From the NCBI RefSeq assembly GCF_040938485.1, contig NW_027271481.1, forward strand, positions 310,001 through 374,000: a DNA stretch of 64,000 nt, written 5' to 3'. The notes under the pieces are model-generated. The model saw only the letters and a program-made list of their open reading frames with translations, did not search any database and was not told the origin of the DNA. The position numbers and the translations under genes were made by a program. Source of the DNA: Diadema antillarum (Eukaryota). This document shows positions 1 to 10,286 of this stretch, one piece after another (the first letter of the stretch is position 1; each line of letters begins with the position of its first letter).

Positions 1-380
1 TAGTCTGGGTGCAAAAGAGGATTTTGGGCCTGACCTCCCTTGTTTTTGGATTAACTTTCACTGATCATCGATTCCATTTGTAAAAACATTATCGTACTGC
101 ATCTCATAACATCGAGATGTTGACAAGTTTTGCCCGCATTTCTGTAACTTTTGGTCAGCGCTTTGACGAAAAGATTTTAAGCTTTAAATTATATATTGAA
201 CCGAAATGGATGTTCCTCATCGACTATTTCTGATGATTGATTGCATGGTATATCCAGTCACTCATGCATTTCGATTCCCTGAGGCACCCACTCTCCATTG
301 CCAAACTTATTTGCCCGAAACCTTCATTTTCACACAACTATACTGTATAATGACATGTAGGAATATCATTGAGCCTAATG

Positions 381-386
381 TTTATT
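381..386 (-). terminator. Candidate polyadenylation signal (AATAAA on minus) of GPCR copy 1
   Basis: TTTATT on + about 170 nt past the stop codon. Equivalent hexamer at 9423-9428, 29054-29059 and 47052-47057, but not intact in the other copies. Confidence 0.35.
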
Positions 387-554
387 TAATTCTAAACAGG
401 ACTACTATGATACTATTCCCTATCACGCTGACATCAATCGACTTCAAGTAGAGGTTTTTTTTTTTTCTTGAACTCAACCATAGATGTACGAGGGCATAGC
501 AGTCATATCATAACATAAATATTAGGAGTGGGAGTAGGGCATACTTGCACATCA

Positions 555-1748
555 TTAATGATTGTGGGCATTCTCTGTATTGTATGACTTTTCCACAGTA
601 GAAAAGAGATGTTCCCGGTTGCAAGTTTTTTTACACTGAAAAACATTTCTAATGGCTGCTCGGAACCTCGGGTACTGGGATGCGTATATGAAAGGGTTGG
701 CGCAAGAGTTGACACAAATCAGTACAGACACAGCGTTGTGAAGAGGACTGCGTAGGTACGAGTGCAGCTTTCCTTGCTGGAGATATACCAACAAAAAGGC
801 AGTTAAGTGAAAAGGAGCAAACGTCAGGATGTACGTTAAGACGATGAGGAGGGTCAGCTTGGTCAAACGGTTGCGAGCTCGTATGTGAGTGGACGATACC
901 GAGGAGGCCTGAGAAAGACTCTTGCGTGCGCGGCGTGATTGACGATGGAGTGACCATGCCGTTACCGTCTGTGTTACGATCATGATGGTAACAGGGAAGC
1001 CAAACCTAATCATGAGTAAGTAGAACAAGATTGTTTTACTGGACTTAGCTTCAACTAGGAGCTTACAGGTGTTGTTGACCACCGCCAAATCAACCGAATA
1101 GAGACAGGATGTAAACGAGAGAACACACACCGCCGATATGAATGAATAAATTTTGCGAGTGGTGACGTAAGATCGGAAATGGAGTGGACTCACCACTGCA
1201 ATCGTGCGTTCGATGGCTATTCCAACAAGAGTATAAATGGACATGTGGACTGCGACCCACATGAAGTTACGCGAGTATACAAACTTACAGTAGAGCGAAC
1301 CAACTGGAGTACGCGGAACCCTGACAGCAAGAGGTAAGGGTAGGATAGAAATGGATGTCAGTAGATCAAAAACTGCCAGTGCTCCGATGAAGATGTCGGT
1401 CGAATGTTTATTGACTCCTACTTGCATCCGTAATGCGAGGATAACGAGCAGGTTTCCTAGTATCCCAACGAAGGCAAAGCTCATCTCCAGACCATTCACC
1501 CACGTCCATTCAAAGAACCATACCCACTGCAATTGGTCGAGCTCTGGTGGATCACCGGGTTGATTTGTCTCGTCACTTTCGGTAGAGGAATTCCATGGAA
1601 AATTGCTTCTGCGAATTCCTGGAGTTCCTGCATCTTCTATGTCTATGGTTCTGTCCTCCGAGACGGCGGTTTTACCAGAAAATGCGTCAAGAGGAGATGC
1701 CAGGTCTCCATGGACTATGATACCAATCGCTACAACCAAAAACCACAT
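555..1748 (-). CDS. Class A (rhodopsin-like) orphan GPCR, copy 1, 397 aa, single coding exon, predicted signal peptide
   Basis: Seven hydrophobic segments with GN (TM1), LAxxD (TM2), C..ERT (TM3, DRY variant), FP (TM5), TFAP (TM6), NPFIY (TM7) and helix-8 RFR. ATG context GTCATCATG. Confidence 0.93.
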   Translation of the reverse strand: MWFLVVAIGIIVHGDLASPLDAFSGKTAVSEDRTIDIEDAGTPGIRRSNFPWNSSTESDETNQPGDPPELDQLQWVWFFEWTWVNGLEMSFAFVGILGNLLVILALRMQVGVNKHSTDIFIGALAVFDLLTSISILPLPLAVRVPRTPVGSLYCKFVYSRNFMWVAVHMSIYTLVGIAIERTIAVVSPLHFRSYVTTRKIYSFISAVCVLSFTSCLYSVDLAVVNNTCKLLVEAKSSKTILFYLLMIRFGFPVTIMIVTQTVTAWSLHRQSRRARKSLSQASSVSSTHIRARNRLTKLTLLIVLTYILTFAPFHLTAFLLVYLQQGKLHSYLRSPLHNAVSVLICVNSCANPFIYASQYPRFRAAIRNVFQCKKTCNREHLFSTVEKSYNTENAHNH

Positions 1749-1782
1749 GATGACGAAGCCTAGAAGTCAGTCTGTGATATCT

Positions 1783-2452
1783 CTATCGTCGAAGAAGAAA
1801 GATAAACGATCGAACTCGAATTACGTTTTGAAGTAACATATAAGCAGGTAATATGATAAGACAACAAAGATTAAGAATCAAAATTCTCACTATGAAGATT
1901 GCAAGGAAATTCAGTGAAAGTGATGACAAAATTATCTTTTCTATTCGGTAAAACTCATAATTCTTGAAATTTGTGGTATTCATATTAACTATCTCTTATT
2001 TTGCCGTTTGCAAATGTTTTACCAAGCATTCAGAAAGTCCATCCTGATAGTGTAAAATTGATGTAGTTTCAGTGGCGCACACTTTCATTTTAATATTGCT
2101 CAGGTACTGTGAAAAGTCAGTGGCATGAATCACGTAAATTAAGAAACAAAAGTCCTCGACAGTATTCAATATCGAAATAAAACCCTACATACATGAGTCA
2201 GAACAATCATAAGCTATGACTGGAACAGATGTAGCAAAGTGCACTCGGAATTGCAACTTATGAACTTACATGCTTTGCTCGGTGATGAAAACGAGGAAAA
2301 AATACGAAGAAGAAGAAAAAGAAGACTGGTTCGAGTAATGCGTGCTGTATCCGAAGACCGAAAATTTCACCTCATCAAAATATGTTTGTACTTCAAATAA
2401 ACTGTCATCAGATAGAGAAGAAAAAACTGGAAATGAATATAATGGCACTTAC
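1783..2452 (-). other. Predicted 5'UTR intron of copy 1
   Basis: Minus-strand donor ATC|GTAAGT at 2452 and acceptor TTTCTTCTTCGACGATAG|A at 1783, 34 nt before the ATG. Both signals are positionally conserved in all 8 copies. Confidence 0.65.
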
Positions 2453-2677
2453 GATAAAAGTCTGACTATTGGCTCTCCTCACGAGTCGGGATGATGGCAA
2501 GAACGATGCTGAGAGTGTTGTCGTAGTCTCATTGGATTGGACTTCTCGGAAATGTCTATTTGTACCCCATTTAGGACAGATAACATTGTCGAACCTGTCA
2601 CTCCAACAGGATTTGAAGCAAAAACCAAACACATCATTGTTGCAGTTGGGGCTCGACCAATAGAAAAACACCTGCAA

Positions 2678-2724
2678 TACGCAGGCGCATTGGAGCGAGT
2701 TGCGCAATGACCTCTCTGCGCAGA
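2678..2724. promoter_or_regulatory. Conserved CpG-rich module upstream of copy 1 (NRF-1/P3A2-like, C/EBP-like, nearby CCAAT boxes)
   Basis: TACGCAGGCGCA (minus TGCGCCTGCGTA), TTGCGCAA palindrome at 2700-2707, third TGCGCA at 2717-2722. Retained in all 8 units. Confidence 0.55.
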
Positions 2725-4256
2725 TATCAAATTGCTAGAAATCACTGATCTCTACCAGAGATATCTCATCCTACGTCCTTGGTGTGGTTTGGAGGATTTT
2801 GCTTCCCCCCCCCCCCATGCACTTTTGATTCTTAAAAAAAAAAGTCAAAAAAAAATCGAAAAAGAATCAACCCCCATGAATTTCAATTTTCGACTATTCC
2901 GCTCTTAGATTCTTCCCATCTAAGCGGGGTACCACTGATCTTTACCCCCTCCTCCTGTCCCGTTGCCTCCCCCCCCCCAAAAAAAAAGAAACCCACCAAA
3001 ACAAAACACAAACAAACTGAAAAACGCTCCGCGGCCCGTGCACGAGAACTGCCCTTGTTGCTTGCCCTGACGCACTCCCACCTCCTCACCGGCACAACGC
3101 GAAGAGTACCCCTCCCCAGACACACACAATATACACATTTACACACACACACACTGACAATCGATCGGCTCCCCCTGTGATATTTACAAGCTTGCAGATA
3201 AGTTGAATTAAAGTTGCACAGGATCAGAATTATGACAAAGATAATTATTACCTACGTGCCTTCCTGAACATTCTTCCTAAACTTCATATGTCAGTTGCAA
3301 AATTATTTGTGAACCTGATCATAACAGTCCTTGGCCTCCTACAGTAAACTTGTCTGAAAATCCTATACAGGTATAGTTATCAGTAAGTATCCGAGCCTTG
3401 AAACATAAGCACATTCCATAGGACAAAGTAAACGATTCCTTAAAAGAAAAACAACAACAATTAGGATATGGCATTTGAACTAAAACAATGATATTACATG
3501 CAAATGAGACAAAGTATGATCATATTGTCATTGTTGTCAGTGAGCAGAAATTGGACAACTGGCTGACAATCCGTTGCAAAAGAAACAACTCGACACAAGA
3601 ATAATTTCGTAATGAATCCTTTCTATGCTGTATTTCTTTCAAAATGTGTTAGATATCATATCTAAATGCTCCTCTGACGTATCCAAATAAATGTTTCTTA
3701 TTGTATGCATAAAGCCATATTCTACATCATCGTTCCCGAAAAGTTAAAGTAAAAACAAATAAGTAAGTATGTGTATATGGGGGGACTACGGGTATCATAA
3801 AGTCATTTACTTGAGTTCTTTTTTCAATCCCTCTCAAAAAAAAAACCAACAACAACATCCAAGAACCTTTACGGTGAAGCCATCAGCATTCAAGTATCAG
3901 TATTCAATCACTTCATTTTCATCGAACAGTTATTTTATTTCCTTCGAACAGTTTTATCGATCAGTCCATACTGACTACACTGAAAAGAGTTCGCTGAATG
4001 GTCATTTTTTTTCTTCTCATGTGCACAGAATGAAATATCAAAGGAGAGCGAAACGTCAAGAAATCAATCTGGAATTTTCAGTTTCTTAGATTTTTCCTTC
4101 GGAAATGTCGCTAATGGATTTCCTATTCAATTCATTACCCTGTACTCCTCATAGGAAGGATGTTGAAAAGCAGGGAGTTAGGAGTTACGTTTAAACGGTG
4201 TTCCTCAACTTCAAGGGTAGTATAGCTAACTTCCAGGATAAGGTCTTGTCCCTTAA

Positions 4257-4647
4257 AGGGATAGTATGATTTGGTTGCGATATTGATTCACATTTTGACT
4301 CTTTTTTTTTGGAGATAATTGGGAACCGTTTATCTAAAATGTGAGAGAGAATACAATTCTAGAGGAATTGAGCGTTAATTTGATAAAGATCGGTTTTAAA
4401 ATTATAAATATATATAAAAAAAGAAAGAAGTAATCATGACAAAAAATGGGACCCATCCTTTCTTATGGACTCTTTTGTTTTGGATATGTTAGCCATGTCA
4501 AAGCCGATTTTCATGAAATAAACTTTTAATTCTTTTTCGAATTGTATACTTTCAATATAATAATTTCAATATACAACTTCAGTTTCTAAATTATCTGACA
4601 GAAAGTGAAAACCTGAATCCCATCTTGACGAAAACTGTACCATCACC
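4257..4647. mobile_element. Fossil Kolobok/T2-type MITE that predates the unit duplications
   Basis: TTAA|AGGGATAGTAT.. start and degenerate inverted end (CCATCTTGACGAAAACTGTACCATC). Interior resembles the element at 18754-19138. Paralogous copies start near 23428, 41411 and 57395. Confidence 0.45.
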
Positions 4648-6950
4648 GTCTCAACGTAACTAATACCAACATTGAATTCCGAAGATAAACCAAGCCATTG
4701 AAGAAATATCCCCTTTATCTTCTGACCAACGAATTTCAGCTCAGCTGTTACAATGACATGCACAAACACGGGCCTGAAATTGACGGGAGTGAAAATTCTT
4801 TCCTTGAATACAGGATGCTCATGAGTATGATACTTTAAACGACTTTTAAGTATATAATAACTAATGCTTCATAATTATGTTCATATCATTTCGAGTTAAA
4901 GGAAAATCATTTCATTTCCTCTGGAGCAAATGGTCGTAGTGACAAGATTGACAACAGCAAGCAAAATCATTCCTTTAGGTAGATATAACGTGGGTGCGGA
5001 AACTAATGTCAAAGAAGCTCTTTATTGAAATAGAACATGACATGATATGCAGCCCCCCCCCCCCCCACTTTGTTAGCGAGACGTTTATTGTCATCAAAAG
5101 TTGTTGAAATTTTGACATACTATGACATGTTCCTCTCGCACAGATAAATTGTCATATGTACATTGCACACATTTTCTTTGCAGTTTCAGCAAGGTTTAAA
5201 CTGTGTATACAACCTGGTATATGAGGTTAAGATTATGTAGGGTTCTTATTTCAATAAATGGAATGACTAACGAAAAACCACCCCAAATCGATGCATCTGT
5301 AACTTGTATTGGTATATGTTAATAAATATGAGAATGTTGTTTCTCGATATTTTCGTATTCACGAAAGAGCATTTATTTTTTTCTTCAAAATTTCTCTCGC
5401 TTTATTCTGGAATATCGCTAGTGTGCATTTATAGACTTAACTTTGAATATTGTCAAAATGATCACAATTTCTTGATAAGTTCATTAGTGCTACAATTGTT
5501 AGTCATATAATTATATGTGGAGGAGGGAAATATCAGCACAAATACTTCAATAAAGATGTAGACACGTTCACGATTGTTTTTGTCTATATGGTAGTGCTTG
5601 CCAAAAAAAGTTCTTATTCTGATGTGATTCGACCACAAATTTCTCTTTTTTGTTTTAACAGTTTTCACGAAAACCCATCTAGTTTTGAAGGTACATGTAG
5701 TCTGATATGCAGCCATAATTTACAATACTTCCATATTGGATTATTCTTTACGTTGACTATGCTAATACTTCAGGCAGGTATCCTACATCGTACTTCATAA
5801 TGCTGTAAGTCAAATCACTCTACATAATAACAGGGAGAAATAAGCTGATGCTAAGATAAGCCCTACTCTGTATGTCGCTGCTTTATAGCTATAAAAGCCA
5901 AAGTTAATATTGTTATGCAAAAACATATATATCTAGTCACGTTTATCTGACTTACCTGACTTCAACCAACCTTTTTTTTTCTTTGATGAAGAAGTTCGTT
6001 GTATCGTGTGTGTGTGTGTGTGTCCATTTCATATCCGATTTTTAATGATTTTTCAACCCGGTGTAAACATTTCGACGATCAAGTCTAAACAAAATCTTTA
6101 ATCGATCGGACCTGTGTTAACACGTGGGACAGGAGTTGACACTGAAACAATCTTGGGTGATATGAGTCTTCGATACGAAGTCGAAATTGTGGAGCCAACG
6201 ATAGTCCTTCTCACATGGACTGCTAATTTGTGTGTGAATAGCATGTGTGCCACTTTGTTGTTGTTGTATGCTGTTCAAAAAAACAAAACAAAACAAAAGA
6301 AAACAAATACGAGGGTTTTATTCAGTACACGTAAGTGTTGTTTTAAATTCAATTCTAAGATACTTTTACGTCATAATTAAATCTTTTGTCAATCGAAAGT
6401 GGGACGACTTTCATTTCCCGCGTTACAGTTCACCGTTATTGTTCATTGCTCCGAAGGTTGTTTGGTTTAATCCAAAAGACGAAATAAGGTTCCTTCTACC
6501 AATGGTTCGTGAATAAAAAAAAAAAGAAGGAAAAGAAAAACAAATAAGGTTGGTTATTCCGAAGGCTGGTTATACTTGTAGTCTGGGTGACAAAGCCAGG
6601 ATTTTGGGCCTGACCTCGCTTTACCGTCCGCCCGCCCGAAGTTTGTTGATGGTTTTACCCTATTTTGAGGGTGCTTGAATATTTTGAAATCCTCAACCAT
6701 CCAAAAGTTGCATCATTCACATTCGGATTCAGTACCCTCGAAATAAAGCAAAATGTCATTGTTTGTCCCATTTCACCATTTGTAAGGAAATATATCTGAA
6801 GTTTTGTTGCTTTAATTTTTGTCTGTAATCTGTGGAAAAGAAGAAAGGTGTCTTGATATACCAGGCTAATTCATTCCGTTGTTCAGCCCGGGAGGCTGCG
6901 TCGTCTTAGCGTTGACGTCGCAGATCTGGAGCTTGTTATTATCATCATTG

Positions 6951-7783
6951 TAACATTGTTTGGGCAACTGCGAAAAGTCACATTGACAGTATATTGCCTC
7001 TACAAAAGAAAGCTATGATAACACTAAAGGTAAATGATATTATTTTTTTTTTTTTGCAAAATTCACTCTTCATGTTTCGTTTGTGTAACGGTCAGTTGCC
7101 ATCTTCTCTTTTTCTCATTATTTCAATTAGACAAGGACATACATTCTTATCCCACTAGGCAATCTGATAAATTTCATTTACAAAATCTTTAAACGATGAT
7201 GGCTCTGAAATCTGTCAGACACACTGGACCCGATATTTGGAACTCTCTTCCTTCTGAAATTCGAACTTTAATGTCTATGTACTCTTTTAAGAAAACTGTA
7301 AAGACAATGCTGCTCTCTGGATATCATTGATCGTATAATATCATTGTAATTGTATTGTATATAAAATTTCCTCGTGGAATTATCGCCTTTCTGAATTCAT
7401 TGTGTAATGTTATGTAACCGACCATGACCTGTAACTGTTCACCTGTACCTCGGTAAGAAAATACTTTACCATGCTTTACTATTCACTGATCCAGGTGATC
7501 TAACTTTGTGTAGACCTTTAGCGAAAGCAGACAGAGCTCCCCCTTCCTTTCTTCTATACTATCCCTATGCAAGTGATCCCTCCCTCCTAATGTCCTATAT
7601 TATGTTATGTATTATGTATGAGGGCTGCATGCAAATCAAGAACGCTTAAGCTGTTATAGCCCTTCTGTATTATTCATTGCATCGATGATATGATTTGTTG
7701 TACATTGTAAACGCAATGAAGAAGCTGTATTGCTGCATATTCTAAAGGCAATAAAGAAACTTACTTTGTTAACCATTAATGTT

Positions 7784-7827
<44 letters not shown>

Positions 7828-7916
7828 CATCAACAGTGTATAGAATACATGTGTATGTATCTGCATGAGCAATGATATAATGCAGGAACCAATAAAGCAA
7901 ATCAAATCAAATCAAA
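6951..7916 (+). mobile_element. 5'-truncated non-LTR retrotransposon (L2/Crack-like) 3' end
   Basis: Degenerate ORF2 C-terminus (VWATAKSHIDSILPLQKKAM..; HSYPTRQ..GPDIWNSLPSEIR..SFKKTVK), AATAAA at 7891 and (AAATC)n tail. Absent at the paralogous site (~46510). Confidence 0.75.
7788..7823. repeat. (TA)n microsatellite inside the LINE 3' UTR
   Basis: Pure AT dinucleotide run. Confidence 0.9.
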
Positions 7917-8242
7917 TTATCTATCATTGTCATCAAAGAGAAAAAATATCAAAATAGACAAATTGCCTCATAAAAAGCCAACCATAACATGTTTTTCGTA
8001 TAAGTCAAACTTGTCAAAGGTCAGTTGCTCGTTATGATAAACAGCATAATCCCTGCACACCTGTAGGACTAATCCAATCAATAAATCTCAGTTCTTTTCG
8101 AGTCACTTGTTTTTGGACTAACTTTCATTGATCATTGATTCCATTTGTGAAAACATTATCGTACTATATCTCACAACTTCAAAAACATAGAAAAGTTTTG
8201 CCGGCATTTCTGTAACTTTTGGTCAGCACTTTGACGAAAAGA

Positions 8243-9210
8243 CAAAAAGCTGTATTTATTTTTTGTCTCAAGTCAAACCTCTTGCCTCCAATATTTAACA
8301 TAATATTTCGGTCAAATTCAGAGATTCACTCTTATCCAACCAGACAATCCACAAATTTACATTTATTTAACCCCAAAACCGCACTCGCGCATCATTCTAA
8401 GAGACACTCTGGCCCTGACACTTGGAATTCCCTTCCCATTGAAATTAAAAACATGACCACTATGTATTCATTTAAGAGGGCTGTAAAACTTCACCTCCTT
8501 AAGCAGTATTGCCCAGGATAACATTCTGATTCCTTTATTGTATCATAATCAAATGTATATGAATATGTACGTGATACATAATGCATGGATGTGTGCATAC
8601 ATATATCGATTTATTTATCTATCCATATTATGAATATGAGTATGTATGTGTATGTATAGGATACATCATGTATATATTATGAGCATGCATGTGTACGATG
8701 TGCCTTACCATTACTGCGTACATAAAACAAGCACGATATATTTTATTCAATGTCAGATAACAATACGTATAAGATATTTTGTATTCACATATTATTATTT
8801 TCATAGTGCATATTCGGTCATTACTCCTTCAAAGGCAACTGAACGTGTTAACTTTAATATTATTATCATATTGTATTTATCATCATTACTATTATTGTAA
8901 AGTAGTTGGAGTGGTACCCATACACTCTGTAACTTTCCCTATTCCCCCTACCCTTCCCTATTTCTCTCAATTCTCTATTCCCTATTCTATTCAGAGTAGG
9001 TAAGCATATAGTCTCCATACCGTCAAGCCTCGGCTTATTTTGGAGACCCTTCTGTTTAAGTTCCATAAGCTTGTATGTTTGTATTTGTCTTGTATAATTG
9101 TACTAAAAACTATGTGTCGATATCACTGTTTGTCATAAATGACATGTACATGATCCTATCTGATGTAACGGAATTAAGCAGAAATAAATCAAATCAAATC
9201 AAATCAAATC
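8243..9210 (+). mobile_element. 5'-truncated non-LTR retrotransposon (L2/Crack-like) 3' end
   Basis: ORF 8219-8521 ends LPPIFNIIF..HSYPTRQ..GPDTWNSLPIEIK..SFKRAVKLHLL; (AAATC)n tail at ~9186-9210. Interrupts unit sequence GACGAAAAGATTTT that is intact at 165-178. Confidence 0.8.
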
Positions 9211-9557
9211 AGATTTTCAGCTTTAAATTATATATCTGACCAAATATGGATATTCCTCATCGACTATTTCTGATGATTGGTTGCATGGTATATTCAGTCA
9301 CTTATGCATTTCGAATTCCCTGAGGCACCCACTCTCGATTGCCAAACTTTATTTGCCCATACCTCATATGCCATTTTCACACAACATTATAATGACATGT
9401 AGGTATATCATTGAGCCTAGTCTTTATTTACTTCTAAACAGGATTACTATGAAACTATTCCCCATCACGCTAACATCAGTCGACTTCCAGTAGAGTTTTT
9501 TTTTCTTGAACTTCACAATAGATGTAGAAGGGCATAACAGTCATATCACAACATAAA

Positions 9558-10249
9558 TGTGACCCTGCACCTCGAAACAAACAAAAAGTCGCCAGACATG
9601 AATTTTTAGTTAAGACCATATTCTGAAAGAGCAGACTTTAAACTTTAAAATGATGTATAACTCAAATCAGATGGACTCTCCTAACCTATCTAAATATTGG
9701 AAAGAAAGCACAAACTCAGGAAAAGTGTGAACTGAGAAAAGAGGCTCTGAAGTACAGTGTCTACTCAAGCGCTTAATCTTTACCAAACCATGCTGGCTGT
9801 GAGATGAATGGGACAAAAAACAGGAAGAAAACCACCAGAGTAACAACAATGAAGGGATTATCAGATTAAACTGAAATTGAGCATGCCACATTAACACATT
9901 CTGTCCATGATTAATGCCAACTTTCAAAGCACTAGCACTATCCTTTCAAAAGTTATTAGAGTTGAAAGTGAAGAGTGTGGACAAGGTTTTTCAGAAATGA
10001 AAAAGGGATTCTAAAGACACACCTAATCACACTATTCTACAAAAAATGTTTGAGATAAACTGCTAAAAAAAACGCACTTTCCGGCCCGTTTTATGATACC
10101 AAATTTTAGCATAATGTAAAAGAATACCCGCTCTTTCAGAAAATATGAAAAAGTCTAGTTCGGCTAGGTTGACCCATTTCACTTATTTTCAGTCCTCACG
10201 CAAAATCAGTGTGTGCGACTTTATGTTCGTTTTGAGGTGCACGGTCACA
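9558..10249. mobile_element. 692-bp MITE (TGTGAC..GTCACA termini) just 3' of the copy 2 stop codon
   Basis: ~35-bp TIRs TGTGACCCTGCACCTCGAAACAAACAAAAAGTCG / CGACTTTATGTTCGTTTTGAGGTGCACGGTCACA. The empty site ACATAAATATTAGG in copy 1 implies a 2-bp (AA) duplication. Confidence 0.85.
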
Positions 10250-10286
10250 AATATTAGGAGTGGGAGTAGGACCTACTCGCACATAA

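Noticed and set aside
1351-1563. Recurrent + strand ORF MDVSRS(K/E)TASAPMKMSVE.. antisense to most GPCR copies, plus similar MVELW.., MSTLAPTL.. and MVTPSS.. ORFs
   Set aside because: These are shadows of the near-identical GPCR coding DNA, with no independent coding signal.
1590-1625. PAR-like R|S protease site or tethered ligand in the ectodomain (RR/SNF, HR/SNL)
   Set aside because: The Arg-Ser pair is absent in intact copies 4, 5 and 8, and the downstream residues are hypervariable.
555-1748. Assigning a gene symbol such as GALR or AstA-R
   Set aside because: Only general similarity to that receptor group is visible; key motifs diverge and orthology cannot be shown without a phylogeny.
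2479-2532. Second MRLR-starting uORF (MRLRQHSQHRSCHHPDS)
   Set aside because: The ATG is lost in copy 3 and the length differs in copy 2; not conserved.
2408-2745. Longer minus-strand ORFs over exon 1 (CATRSNAPAY.., MRNSLQCAC..) as a coding first exon or separate gene
   Set aside because: Frameshifts and stops differ between paralogs, so no long frame is conserved.
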